A stretch of 64,000 nt of DNA, taken from positions 1 to 64,000 of the forward strand of contig NIVC01001675.1 of assembly GCA_002269645.1 (NCBI GenBank). Reading direction: 5' to 3'. Source of the DNA: Macrostomum lignano (taxonomy: Eukaryota). Shown here one piece after another: positions 11,435 through 24,100 of the stretch. The notes below the pieces were generated by a model that was not told the DNA's origin, did no database searches, and worked only from the letters and a program-made list of their open reading frames with translations. Made by a program: the position numbers and the translations under genes. Positions within the stretch are counted from its first letter, which is position 1. Each line of letters starts with the position of its first letter.

Positions 11435-14000
11435 TAGATGATAAGGCATTTAGCTTAATAATACAATGAAATTTACTCTTGCCATTATCTAAAAAGTAAG
11501 GCGCACAGCCAGTGCAAATCTGGGTAGGTTGTGTACATGGTAAATATTCCCTATTTATTGCCCTAGACACTTGGTATTAATGGGGAATATGTGATGTATC
11601 TACCACTTGTCCCAGGCAAATGTTTATGGTCTCAGTGTAAATTTTATTTATTTGCATCAAAAGAGCAGTTGCACAGTGAAATAAACCATTTATTTATACC
11701 AATGCAAATAAATGAAATTTACACTGAGACTAGGGGTCCCAATCCTGATTGCAGCGCATGGGAATTTTGGCGGACGGCGTCCGGCGCGGATCAGCCTGCG
11801 CGGCGTAGCATTGGTGGTGGACCAGGGGTAAGTCACAAAAATGCCACCCCATAGAATACAGGCGTAGTACTAATTAGATGCTGAGGCATTTAGGCTTGAT
11901 AAGACAGTTATAGTTACTCTTGCCGTTTACCCAAAACTGCGTTAATTTTGCTTTAGGGTTTCTTTCACAGGTAAGTCATTTCACAGCGTGGCGCAGGTTG
12001 TATAGGCGTCTGGCATACTTAAGCCATGCGCTGCAATAGGGGTCCCAATCTCTAGGATCTTGGCTTTTTGTTAGTGTGTGGGATCCCGGGATTAGGGGTC
12101 TAGGATCTCAGTAAACATGGGATTGGAATTTACACTTTGCAAAAGTAAATATTTTTTGTCTTGCAGTTAGCACTTAATAGTTTTGAGAGAATTTTTGCAT
12201 CCTGAGAATGAAGTTATAGAATGAAGGACAGTAGGACTATCAATCAATTGTATCAAGCACTAGGCCTACTAGTCACTAGACTAAGGGGTCTAATTTTAGT
12301 CTAGACTCTAACAGTCTAAGTGGCAATGGCCTGGACACTGGGCCCACTGGCTTGGGTCCCATTCTGCTACAGTGTGCAGGTGCAGCTAAGGAAGGGAAAG
12401 GGAAAAATGGGGGTGGGGTGCAGACTGGATTCTGAGTCTGAGTCTATATATGTGTGAGGTGGTCTGTGTTGGGGGCAGAAAGAGGCACTAGCGCAGTGTA
12501 TTCGGTCCTAATCTGAGAGAAGGGTGTAGTTTACTAGTTTAGTATGTATGTACAGTACAACTAACAACTATATATAACTTCAACTATTTTTTCAATGCAG
12601 TTCTACTTGTATAAGCTAGAAATAGAAAGTAGAAACCCAAATGATGCTCAAATTAGTTGAGAAATTGTTTTGTGGACAATGGGAAAGCTTCCTATAAATT
12701 TGTTTGTTCAATTCCAGGATTGGCCTGGGATCCTGGGATTGGGTCAATTTTTTGTCTGGATTCCTAGGATTGTAAAATCTCTAGGATTTGGGACCTAACT
12801 GAGACCATAGACATTTGCCCGGGGCAAGTGGGGGATACATAGTATATATTCCCATTTTTATACCAATGCTAAGGCAATAAATGCTTGAACATACATGCGC
12901 AACAGTCGGCCGAGTCGGCCGATCCGGCCGACCGATTTGGCAGCCAATCAAGGAAGTCGCAAAAATGCCCACCCAAAAAACCTAAGTAGTCTTACTAAGT
13001 AGCTGACGAGGCATTTTGCCCTAATAAGACAGTCATAGTTACTCCTGCCGTTTACCCAAAGTTGCATTAATTTTGCTTTACAGTTTTTATTACATGTAAG
13101 TCGCATTTTTGGCCAAAAACTACGTCGCATTTTTGTTAAAACTAAGTCGCATGGCCGACCGAATTTTGGAGGTTGCGCATGTATGTGCTTGAATGACCAG
13201 TTTATTGACCAAGGCAAAGCCAAAGTCAATAAGTATGGCACAAAAGCATTTTTTTGCCATAGACACTTGTATAAATGGGGAATATTTGATGTATCCATCA
13301 GTTGCCATTTATTTGCATTCAGTTCCAGTGCAAATAAATCATTTATTTGCGCTAGTATAAATAAATGAAATAAAAAATTTAACCATAGACTGCTACACCA
13401 GTGCAACTAGGGGATATATATGTATCCAGTGTCATGCTCAGGTGACCTGATGATGTCTAAGTATATCTCTGTTGGAGATCACAAAACTCTTCTACAGCGT
13501 CCATCATGATGTCATCATCCAATTGGAAATGTTCTCAAGTGATTTTCCATTTAACAGTGCAAGATATGGGGAGTATAGAGAGGGTGGAGAAGCAATTTAA
13601 AACTACATTTGTCAATAGTTGCTATTGCAATCACCAACTTGTCTAGCACACACCAAGTAGTCACTTTCTTCATCAGCAATTGCTGTATGATGGTGGCATG
13701 AATTCAGTCTTGCAGCATTACAGGAACAATTTTCTGACAAAAGCTCTGTAGATTCTCTTTAATCGAGCCAGTGTGCTTGAAATTGTATTTTTGGGCTCTC
13801 AATATATATTGGGATTGACTGGCTACAACATATACATGCGCAACACCCAGCCAAGCCAGCCAATATGGCCATAGATGTTGTACTAATTAGATGACGAGGC
13901 ATTTAACCCTCATAATACAGTTAAAGTTACTCCTGCCGTCTACCCTGAATTACGTTGATTTTTCTTAGGTTTCTTTCATACATAAGTCTCATTTTTGGTT
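11435..14000. repeat. Dispersed modular repeat family, probable decayed non-autonomous DNA element(s)
   Basis: Module GAGGCATTT...AATAAGACAGTTATAGTTACTCTTGCCGTTTACCC near 11440, 11880, 13005 and 13895. A second module (GACACTTG...ATGGGGAATAT...) near 11565 and 13262, with an inverted copy near 12800-12880. Confidence 0.7.
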
Positions 14001-14056
14001 GAAATGTTGCACTGTTAGTGTAAATCAGTAAATAATCAATTAATTTGCAGTCAGCA

Positions 14057-14309
14057 ATGTCAGCTGATGACCAGGAGAGGCAGCATTTCCGCAAAATATT
14101 GGCCGCATTTCGGCACTACAGGCGGTACGGGCTGCAGCAGGTGACTGACAAGCTGGCCCAATACAATGGCCTGCCAGAGAGGCACAAACGGCTTATGGGC
14201 GGCAATTCTGGTGTGCCCGAGCACTTGGCCCGGGTTAGAGCGTCTATTGAGCATAATGCCGAAATGATTAACCTGTTCATTGCCGATGCCAATTCTATCT
14301 TCGATGGGG
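14057..14309 (+). CDS. CARNMT1: CARNMT1 coding exon 1
   Basis: [21 protein letters not shown]...; donor GTGAGT at 14310; acceptor TTTGCAG ends 14050. Confidence 0.9.
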
Positions 14310-16691
14310 GTGAGTCAGTTTTCTTCGCGTTTTTTGCACTATTTTATACTACTGTAAGTAGTTCAGGTCTTGATTTCTGATTTAGTTCATTGTGTTATCC
14401 TTCATAATTGTAATTCACTCCAGTCCAGTCTCACAACCTCACTGCTCAATCTGACTCAGTCTCACCCCAGTCTCACCATCTCACTGCTCAGTCAGTGACT
14501 TAGTCTCACCTCAGTCTCCATCTCACTGCTCAGTCAGTGACTCAGTCTCACCCAGTCTCACCATCTCACTGCTCAGTCAGTGACTTAGTCTCACCCCAGT
14601 CTCACCATCTCACTGCTCAGTCATTGACTCAGTCTCACCCCAGCCTCACCATCTCACTGCTCAATCAGTGACTCAGTCTCACCCAGTCTCACCCAGTCTC
14701 ACCATCTCACTGCTCAGTCAGTGACTCAGTCTCACCCCAGCCTCACCATCTCACTGCTCAATCAGTGACTCAGTCTCACCCCAGTCTCCATCTCACTGCT
14801 CAGTCAGTGACTCAGTCTCACCCAGTCTCACCATCTCACTGCTCAGTCAGTGACTCAGTCTCACCCCAGTCTCCATCTCACTGCTCAGTCAGTGACTCAG
14901 TCTCACCCAGTCTCACCATCTCACTGCTCAGTCAGTGACTTAGTCTCACCCCAGTCTCACCATCTCACTGCTCAGTCATTGACTCAGTCTCACCCCAGCC
15001 TCACCATCTCACTGCTCAATCAGTGACTCAGTCTCACCCCAGTCTCACCATCTCACTGCTCAGTCAGTGACTCAGTCTCACCCCAGCCTCGCCATCTCAC
15101 TGCTCAATCAGTGACTCAGTCTCACCCCAGTCTCACCATCTCACTCAAACTCGCAAATCTCGCCGCAGACTCGCCGCTGTCCCCATGCGCTGGCAGCGAG
15201 GGCAGTTCCTCGGTGCAGCACCAGCAGCTGCAGGTGACCTCAAACGACATGGACAAAGTCCGCAGCACCATCAAGCAGTTTGCCCGCGACTGGTCATTAG
15301 ACGGCGCCAATGAGAGAGCTCTATGCTACGAACCCATGCTCAGAGAGATCGATCGATTATTTCCAGCTGAAAATTGCCCGGATAGGTCCGAGGTTCGAGT
15401 CCTGGTGCCAGGCGCCGGACTAGGTCGATTGGCCTGGGAAGTGGCCAGATTAGGATTCAGTTGCCAGGGCAACGAGTGGAGCTTGTATATGCTGTTCTGC
15501 AGCTACTTTGTTATTAACAGGTGAGAAAAGTAGAAAAATCGCTTTTAGTTTTGTGTTTTTACAGTGCTTTTACAGGTAGAATTGTGTTGCTAAGGAGGTT
15601 TTACAGGTAGAATTGAGTTGCTAAGGCGGTTTTTCAAGTAGAATTGTGTTGCTAAGGGAGGTTTTTCAGATAGAATTGTGTTGCTAAGGGAGGTTTTTCA
15701 GGTAGAATTGTGTTGCTAAGGCGGTTTTTCAATTAGAATTGTGTTGCTAAGGCGGTTTTTTAGGTAGAATTGTGTTGCTAAGGGAGGTTTTTCAGATAGA
15801 ATTGTGTTGCTAAGGTTTTTCAGGTAGAATTATGTTGCTAAGGCGGTTTTTTAGGTAGAATTGTGTTGCTAAGGCGGTTTTTTAGGTAGAATTAAGTTGC
15901 TAAGGCGGTTTTTCAGGTAGAATTGTGTTGCTAAGGGAGGTTTTTCAGATAGAATTGTGTTGCTAAGGGAGGTTTTTCAGGTAGAATTGTGTTGCTAAGG
16001 CGGTTTTTCAATTAGAATTGTGTTGCTAAGGCGGTTTTTTAGGTAGAATTGTGTTGCTAAGGGAGGTTTTTCAGATAGAATTGTGTTGCTAAGGTTTTTC
16101 AGGTAGAATTATGTTGCTAGGGTGATTTGACAGCTGTTGCTTAGGCATTTAATTTATTCAAACACTCGTAGGTGCTCGGAGCCCAACTGCTTTACCCTGT
16201 ACCCCTGGGTGCACCAGTTCTGCAACAACTGGTCCTGGGCAGACCAGCTCCGGCCAATCACCTTCCCCGACGTGTCGCCGGCGGATCTGCCGAAATCCGG
16301 CAGTTTCTCCATGGCCGCTGGCGATTTCTTAGAAATCTACACGGAGCCGGAGGCGTGGGACTGCGTAGCAACGGTGTTCTTCATCGATACTGCGCACAAC
16401 ATTGCGGCCTATGTGGAGACCATTGGCAGAATTTTAAAGCCGGGCGGCTACTGGATCAACCTGGGCCCCCTGCTGTATCATTTTGCCGATGTGCCCGGGG
16501 AGGCCAGCATCGAGCTGGACTATGCCACACTGCGCCAGCTGGTGCTGGGTTCCGGGTTCGAGTTGCTAACGGAGAATACAGATATTCGATGCGGCTACAC
16601 ACAGAACGAGGCCAGCATGCTTCGGTATGAGTACAGGTGCGCTTACTTTGTTGCTAGGAAACCGCTTTGCTGTGGCCATGATGCAGAATGA
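14057..16691 (+). CDS. CARNMT1: Carnosine N-methyltransferase (N2227-like), 3 coding exons, 374 aa
   Basis: Exons 14057-14309, 15169-15520, 16172-16691 join in frame with GT-AG sites (phases 1, 2). Motifs [72 protein letters not shown]. Confidence 0.95.
14420..15145. repeat. ~42-44 bp minisatellite in CARNMT1 intron 1
   Basis: Unit TCTCACCATCTCACTGCTCAGTCAGTGACTCAGTCTCACCCCAG. Confidence 0.95.
15169..15520 (+). CDS. CARNMT1: CARNMT1 coding exon 2
   Basis: CCGCAG acceptor; [11 protein letters not shown]-binding motif; donor GTGAGA at 15521. Confidence 0.92.
15575..16120. repeat. ~31 bp minisatellite in CARNMT1 intron 2
   Basis: Unit AGGTAGAATTGTGTTGCTAAGGCGGTTTTTC. Confidence 0.95.
16172..16691 (+). 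CDS. CARNMT1: CARNMT1 coding exon 3
   Basis: CGTAG acceptor; FFIDTAHN and WINLGPLL motifs; TGA stop. Confidence 0.92.
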
Positions 16692-16734
16692 AATCATTTC
16701 TTAGAAATAATACTTTTCAAGGCTCTCCTCTTTT

Positions 16735-17222
16735 TACGAGGGTTGTTTCAAAAGTAAGGAAAAATTTGTTATAACTTTCGATTTATTGAACTTATGAACC
16801 TGAAATCTTTACCCAACAATTTGACAGGTATGAACAACTAATAGCTTTATTTTAAGTCTTATATAGCTATGCGCAGCTGTGTAATCGTTAATGAAGTCCA
16901 CGCCTCGAGATTGAAGATTACAATTTTTGTCTATGGCAAAAAATGCTCAAAATGATGTGGCCACAGAATATTCCTCGCTGAAATCGCTGAAAAAATTGAC
17001 AATGGTGCAGATTTTCGACTTGATGAACACATTTAAACTTGGTTACTTTTGCCATAGACAAAAATCGTAATTGTAAATGTTGAGGTATGGACTTTCATTT
17101 AGGATTACACAGCTGCGTATAAAAGGCTTAAAATAAAGCTATTAGTTGCCCAGTTGTGTAAAAATTGTTAGGTTGAAAATTTCAGGTTCAAACGTTCATT
17201 AGATCAAAAGTTATAACAAAAT
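16735..17222. mobile_element. Tc1/mariner-type MITE remnant with long inverted arms
   Basis: Starts TA|CGAGGGTTGTTTCAAAAGTAAG, resembling mariner TIR starts. Arms ~16765-16945 and ~17045-17222 are reverse complements (TTGTTATAAC, AATAGCTTTATTTTAAG, CAGCTGTGTAATC, TTTTTGTCTATGGCAAAA). The matching right terminus is missing. Confidence 0.7.
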
Positions 17223-17704
17223 TCAAAATATAACAAAGCGTGTGTGTATGAACACATGTGTGTTTTGAGTCCATAGGGCCTGTGTTCAATAGAATGTTGA
17301 GCCGATAGAACCTCCTGTATCGATTTGGTGTACCATTCGCTAAGCTGAAGTCAGTCAGTCATTTAATTATAGAAGTACTTGATAACCTTGCTTTTAAATT
17401 GTTTGTCTTGCTGCCAAAATAGTTTAAAAATTTATTTATTATTGTCCTAATGTCAGTGTTATGTGTTATTTAAGAGTTTGCTCATTAACAATGTCCGCAA
17501 AGCTTACAATTAGTAGTAGCCAGTAGTATTTTAATTAGTAAAGTTTTTACATTATCAAATAAATTTGGCGTAAGCATAATCACAATCATTCATCGATTTT
17601 TTCAAATAATTTTGATTATTCATTAAGTCTGTTTTTAGTTTAGTCAGTTTCCATTTTTATTTTTTAGATTTGTTTCCATTAAGAGGCCACAGTACTTGAT
17701 CTTG

Positions 17705-19670
17705 GTGTTCAGAATCTCATTCCTGAGTCATGAGGGTTTAGAGTCTCATTCCTGAGTGAGTCATGAGGGTTCAGAATCTCATTCCTGGGTGAGTTTTGAG
17801 GGTTCAGAATCTCATTCCTGAGTGAGTTTTGAGGGTTCAGAATCTCATTCCTGAGTGAGTTTTGAGGGTTCAGAATCTCATTCCTGAGTCATGAGGGTTC
17901 AGAATCTCATTCCTGAGTCATGAGGGTTCAGAATCTCATTCCTGAGTGAGTCATGAGGGTTCAGAATCTCATTCCTGAGTCATGAGGGTTTAGAATCTCA
18001 TTCCTGAGTGAGTCATGAGGATTCAGAATCTCATTCCTGAGTGAGTCATGAGGGTTCAAAATCTCATTCCTGAGTGAGTCATGAGGATTCAGAATCTCAT
18101 TCCTGAGTGAGTCATGAGGGTTCAGAATCTCATTCCTGAGTGAGTCATGAGGGTTCAGAATCTCATTCCTGAGTGAGTTATGAGGGTTCAGAATCTCATT
18201 CCTGAGTCATGAGGGTTCAGAATCTCATTCCTGAGTTATGAGGGTTCAGAATCTCATTCCTGAGTCATGAGTGTTCAGAATCTCATTCCTGAGTCATGAG
18301 GGTTCAGAATCTCATTTCTGAGTCATGAGGGTTCAGAATCTCATTCCTGAGTCATGAGGGTTCAGAATCTCATTCCTGAGTTATGAGGGTTCAGAATCTC
18401 ATTCCTGAGTGAGTCATGAGGGTTCAGAATCTCGTTCCTGAGTCATGAGGGTTCAGAATCTCATTCCTGAGTGAGTCATGAGGGTTCAGAATCTCATTCC
18501 TGAGTGAGTCATGAGGGTTCATAATCTCATTCCTGAGTTATGAGGGTTCAGAATCTCATTCCTGAGTCATGAGGGTTCAGAATCTCATTCCTGAGTCATG
18601 AGGGTTCAGAATCTCATTCCTGAGTGAGTCATGAGGGTTCAGAATCTCATTCCTGAGTGAGTCATGAGGGTTCAGAATCTCATTCCTGGGTGAGTTTTGA
18701 GGGTTCAGAATCTCATTCCTGAGTGAGTTTTGAGGGTTCAGAATCTCATTCCTGAGTGAGTTTTGAGGGTTCAGAATCTCATTCCTGAGTCATGAGGGTT
18801 CAGAATCTCATTCCTGAGTGAGTCATGAGGGTTCAGAATCTCATTCCTGAGTCATGAGGGTTTAGAATCTCATTCCTGAGTGAGTCATGAGGATTCAGAA
18901 TCTCATTCCTGAGTGAGTCATGAGGGTTCAAAATCTCATTCCTGAGTGAGTCATGAGGATTCAGAATCTCATTCCTGAGTGAGTCATGAGGGTTCAGAAT
19001 CTCATTCCTGAGTGAGTCATGAGGGTTCAGAATCTCATTCCTGAGTGAGTTATGAGGGTTCAGAATCTCATTCCTGAGTCATGAGGGTTCAGAATCTCAT
19101 TCCTGAGTTATGAGGGTTCAGAATCTCATTCCTGATTCATGAGTGTTCAGAATCTCATTCCTGAGTCATGAGGGTTCAGAATCTCATTCCTGAGTCATGA
19201 GGGTTCAGAATCTCATTCCTGAGTCATGAGGGTTCAGAATCTCATTCCTGAGTTATGAGGGTTCAGAATCTCATTCCTGAGTCATGAGGGTTCAGAATCT
19301 CATTCCTGAGTCATGAGGGTTCAGAATCTCATTCCTGAGTGAGTCATGAGGGTTCAGAATCTCATTCCTGAGTGAGTCATGAGGGTTCATAATCTCATTC
19401 CTGAGTTATGAGGGTTCAGAATCTCATTCCTGAGTCATGAGGGTTCAGAATCTCATTCCTGAGTCATGAGGGTTCAGAATCTCATTCCTGAGTGAGTCAT
19501 GAGGGTTCAGAATCTCATTCCTGAGTCATGAGGGTTCAGAATCTCATTCCTGAGTCATGAGGGTTCAGAATCTCATTCCTGAGTGAGTCATGAGGGTTCA
19601 GAATCTCATTCCTGAGTGAGTCATGAGGGTTCAGAATCTCATTCCTGAGTGAGTCATGAGAGTCCGGGAT
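17705..19670. repeat. 29/33 bp minisatellite, ~2 kb, intergenic
   Basis: Unit GAGGGTTCAGAATCTCATTCCTGAGT(GAGT)CAT, roughly 60 copies. Confidence 0.97.
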
Positions 19671-20408
19671 TTCACTTCAGAGCAATCGAAGAACGAAAGC
19701 TTGGGGAAATTTCAGCGAATTAATTGGCTTTCATCATCAGCTGAGTTGACACGGTGAAAGCTTTTATTTGTCATCAAAGTTCAATTGTAGCATTGGGTGA
19801 ACAAAGGAAAAAAACATATTTTAGAGCTGTTTGTCTTCTAATGAGCGCAAGATTTTTTACTTTAATCTGTCATTAGTTACTATTGCTGACAAGTTGGTAA
19901 TATATAGTCTATTTTGCATAGACAGACTTATTGAATAGTGCAAAAAAGTGCTAACAAGGGGCAAGTGGTGCACTACCATATGAGATTGCGTGGCACTACG
20001 TAAACAAAGAAAGATTAGAAAAAGCTTCGAACAAGTTATTTACAGAAAATGAATTGCAAACAAAAATTTTTAACAGATAAAAAAGCTTTCTAAAATTAGT
20101 AGAGAATAGAAACTAAATGTTGATTAGAAACACGACTGCACTTTGAGCAATACTTTGAGAGACTTTCGTTTGAAAAGAAATTATTTGTACAAATACACTG
20201 TTAGTTAGTATTTTTGTTTGTGTACATCCACGTCAGGTTTAGGTTGAGAAATCGAACCATCAAGATCGAGCATTGCGAGGGTAAAAAATTAACAGTTTTC
20301 AGGGTTTTTTACATATTTTCAAAATCAGACATCAATATTCTTATGTAGCCTACTGTTCAGTCAGTTTTCAGTAGCATAGTTTGCACATAGTTTTTTGAAC
20401 CAAAAATG

Positions 20409-21189
20409 TCACTTGTTCTGCTTAGCTTTAAACAGCTTACCGAGGCTGCCGGCGCTGCCGTGAAGTCGGCGACGCTTAACGGCGGCCAGTCGACGGAACA
20501 GGCTGCTGCCCGACCTGCGGGTGAGAGCGGCGTCAGGCTGCTGCTGCTGATAGTGCTGCTGTTGCTGCTCTTGTAGACTCTGCTCCTCATCTTCAGCCCT
20601 GTCATTATCATCATCAGTATGCATCGCTCCGTCTACTTGATCTTGTCCGAAGCCGGTGCTCAGAATTATTTGTTGATGCGGATGCTGCGGAGGTTGTTGC
20701 TGCTGGTGCTGCATCATTAGAGTGGTTGGATGGCTTTGATATTGCTGGTATTGCTGCTGCTGCTGCTGCTGCTGGTACGGCTGAGTGACAATGCCATTGG
20801 CAATGTGCTGCAAAGGCGGCAGCAGGGTGGGTCCGCAGGCGCTGCTCAGGCTTCCATTGCTGTTGCAGTGATTGCTGCTACTGGAAGCTGCGGCTACGGC
20901 AGCAGCGGCCGCCGCCATCTGCTGCGGATTGATGAAGTACATGGGCGCCGCGGGAGCGACAGCGCTTGACATGGCTGTGCTGGCTGTGGAGCCTTGAAGA
21001 CTGAAGTATTGCACACTGGATGGCGCTGGCGGCTGCTGCTGCTGCTGCTGTTGTTGATGGCTCAGCTGGGTGAGGTACTGCTGCTCCTGCTGCTGCTGCT
21101 GCATGAGCGCCTGGCCACCAGCCTCCAGCATCTCAGTTGATGATGTTTTTGTAGTAACGGCAATGGAACCCGACATGTCCGGCATGTGA
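20409..21189 (-). CDS. p53: p53-like coding exon 5 (Q-rich tail with basic NLS-like [11 protein letters not shown])
   Basis: Acceptor CTCTCCCGCAG, phase 2, continues in the frame of ORF 20409-21206. Confidence 0.65.
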
Positions 21190-24100
21190 CTGCGGGAGAG
21201 TGACATGTTGGCTTAGTTTAAGACTGGAGATTCTCTAGTATATTTGTTTGGTATAGGGCAGCAGCTTTTCTGCTAGATTCCGGTTGCTAAGCAAGCAGAT
21301 TCGGGTTGCTAAGGAAGCGAACATTTCAAAGCAGATTCGGGTTGCTAGGAGAGCAGATTTCAAAGCAGATTCGGGTTGCTAGGAGAGCAGATTTCAAAGC
21401 AGATTCGGGTTGCTAGGAGAGCAGATTTCAAAGCAGATTCGGGTTGCTAGGAGAGCAGATTTCAAAGCAGATTCGGGTTGCTAGGAGAGCAGATTTCAAA
21501 GCAGATTCGGGTTGCTAGGAGAGCAGATTTCAAAGCAGATTCGGGTTGCTATGAGAGCAGATTTCAAAGCAGATTCGGGTTGCTAGGAGAGCAGATTTCA
21601 AAGCAGATTCGGGTTGCTATGAGAGCAGATTTCAAAGCAGATTCGGGTTGCTAGGAGAGCAGATTTCAAAGCAGATTCGGGTTGCTATGAGGGCAGATTT
21701 CAAAGCAGATTCGGGTTGCTAGGGGAGCAGTTTTCATAGTAGATTTGGGTTGCTAACGAAGGGCGATTCTCTTTTAAGCATCAGCCGATATGTATCGTAG
21801 TATGCATCTCTGCGGCAATTGCACTCACTAGACAGAGGTGGCATTGTTGTGCTCTCCGGTGCTCGATGCCACAGATGGGCAGTGGGCGCTGCTGTGCAGG
21901 GAGTCCGCAGGCGAATTCTCGCGCGGCATGACCTGCTGTTGCTGCTGCTGTTGCTGCTGCTGTTGCTGCCCGGGTTCTTGCTTCGTGGCAGCAGAGTTGG
22001 CCAGCTTGTTTGTGGCAGCGGCCGCGGCAGTGGCGACGCCTTTGACAATGAGCGGCAGGCTGGCTAGGTAGGCTCTCAGAGCGCTGGCGATCAGCTCGCG
22101 ACTGTCTTGGTTGCTGAGCAGGGCGCCGCGTATAATAAGGCTGCCGTCCGCTGCTTGCTCAAGGACCTCCAGCTGACTGAGGCTGTCGGTTGATGCGGAC
22201 GGCAGGGTCTGCACTGCCGACGCCGCCCCGCCGTCTAGCAGCTCGAGCTCGTCACTTGGATCGGCGTTGGAGCCCTTAGGAGGAATTCGGGATTATTAGG
22301 GTTTGAGTTGGGATTGGGGATCTTTGTCGGTATTCTTTGTTGGGATTCTATGGGGATCTTTGCTGGGATTCTATGGGGATCTTTGTTGGGATTCTATGGG
22401 GATCTTTGTTGGGATTCTATGGGGACCTTGTTGGGATTCTATGGGGATCTTTGGTGACATTCTATGGGGACCTTGTTGGGATTCTACGGGGATCTTTGTT
22501 GGGATTCTATGGGGACCTTGTTGGGATTCTATGGGGATCTTTGGTGACATTCTATGGGGACCTTGTTGGGATTCTATGGGGATCTTTGTTGGTATTCTAT
22601 GGGGACCTTGTTGGGATTCTATGGGGATCTTTGTTGGGATTCTATGGGGACCTTGTTGGGATTCTATGGGGATCTTTGGTGACATTCTATGGGGACCTTG
22701 TTGGGATTCTACGGGGATCTTTGTTGGGATTCTATGGGGACCTTGTTGGGATTCTATGGGGATCTTTGGTGACATTCTATGGGGACCTTGTTGGGATTCT
22801 ATGGGGATCTTTGTTGGTATTCTATGGGGACCTTGTTGGGATTCTATGGGGATCTTTGGTGACATTCTATGGGGACCTTGTTGGGATTCTATGGGGATCT
22901 TTGTTGGGATTCTATGGGGATCTTTGTTGGGATTCTATGGGGATCTTTGGTGACATTCTATGGGGATCTTAGTTGGGATTCTACGGGGATCTTTGTTGGG
23001 ATTCTACGGGGATCTTTGTTGGGATTCTATGGGGAGATTATTGGGATTCTATAGGGAGTTTATTGGGATTCTAGTTAGCCTACAAAAATATGTAAGTCGG
23101 ATCTCAAATCTCTGGTCTGAGCCAGCACTGGGGATCAAAGAATCTATTCGGGACTAATCTGGGACTCACAGTTGCCTGTCTGCTCTTGGCCTTGGCCTTG
23201 CTGCACTTGACGCCCGGCTCGGAGCCGTACAGCTGCACATAGTAGTCGAACTTCTCCTGCCCCTGTGTGCGCAGCACCTTGGCCCTCTGCCAGCGAGTGT
23301 TGTGCGACTCCAGGTGGCCGCAGCCCATCCGGCAGCCCATCTGCGCCGGCGTCAGAAACTGCGTGACCTCGTTTAGAATGTCCCGCTCCGGCGAGGTGAC
23401 CATGCGCATGCGGAAGACGCAGCGGCCTTGGCTGAACCAGCGGCCGGTGAGGCTGTCCAGAGTCTCCAGCTGCACCGAGGTGAACGTGTCCTTGGAGTTT
23501 GGCGCCGTGGCGTCGTGGCTGTGCGTTGTCATACAGGTGTAATAGAGCATCAGCTCGATAGGCCCGCTGCTTTGCCGATTGTTGATGGGCAGCACGGCGT
23601 AGACTCGGTCGCGGCTGTCCGTGTGGTACTCCACCGAGTCGTGACGCACGATCACAAGGCTGTTCTTGTGCAGCGTGGGGCTGCGGCTGTCCGCCGGCCA
23701 GTACGCCTGCAGCGCCTCCGGGATGTTTTTGGACGAGTTCGTGTCGCGCTTGTCCGCTCCGTACCAGCCTCCGCGGTGCTTCTGATCGCTGCACACTGTG
23801 CACCTGCGGGGGGCGTGTGAGAGACGGATCTTGAGTCAAGGATCCCAGCATGATGATGAGGATCTGAGAGGCTGGCCCAGAAATTGAGGATCTGGGAGGC
23901 TGGTGGCCCAGCAACTGAGGATCTGGGAGGCTGGCCCAGCAACTGAGGATCTGGGAGGCTGGCCCAGCAACTGAGGATCTGCATGGGAGGCTGGCCCAAC
24001 AACTTGGGATCTGGGAGTTGGAGACTGGTGGCCCAGCAACTGAGGATCTGGGAGGGTATTTCGATATTTTAAGATAACATCTTAATTTGCACATTTATTA

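Noticed and set aside
20409-21206. Independent single-exon Q-rich gene
   Set aside because: A strong internal acceptor joins it in frame to the p53-like exon 4; the separate-gene model is less parsimonious but not excluded.
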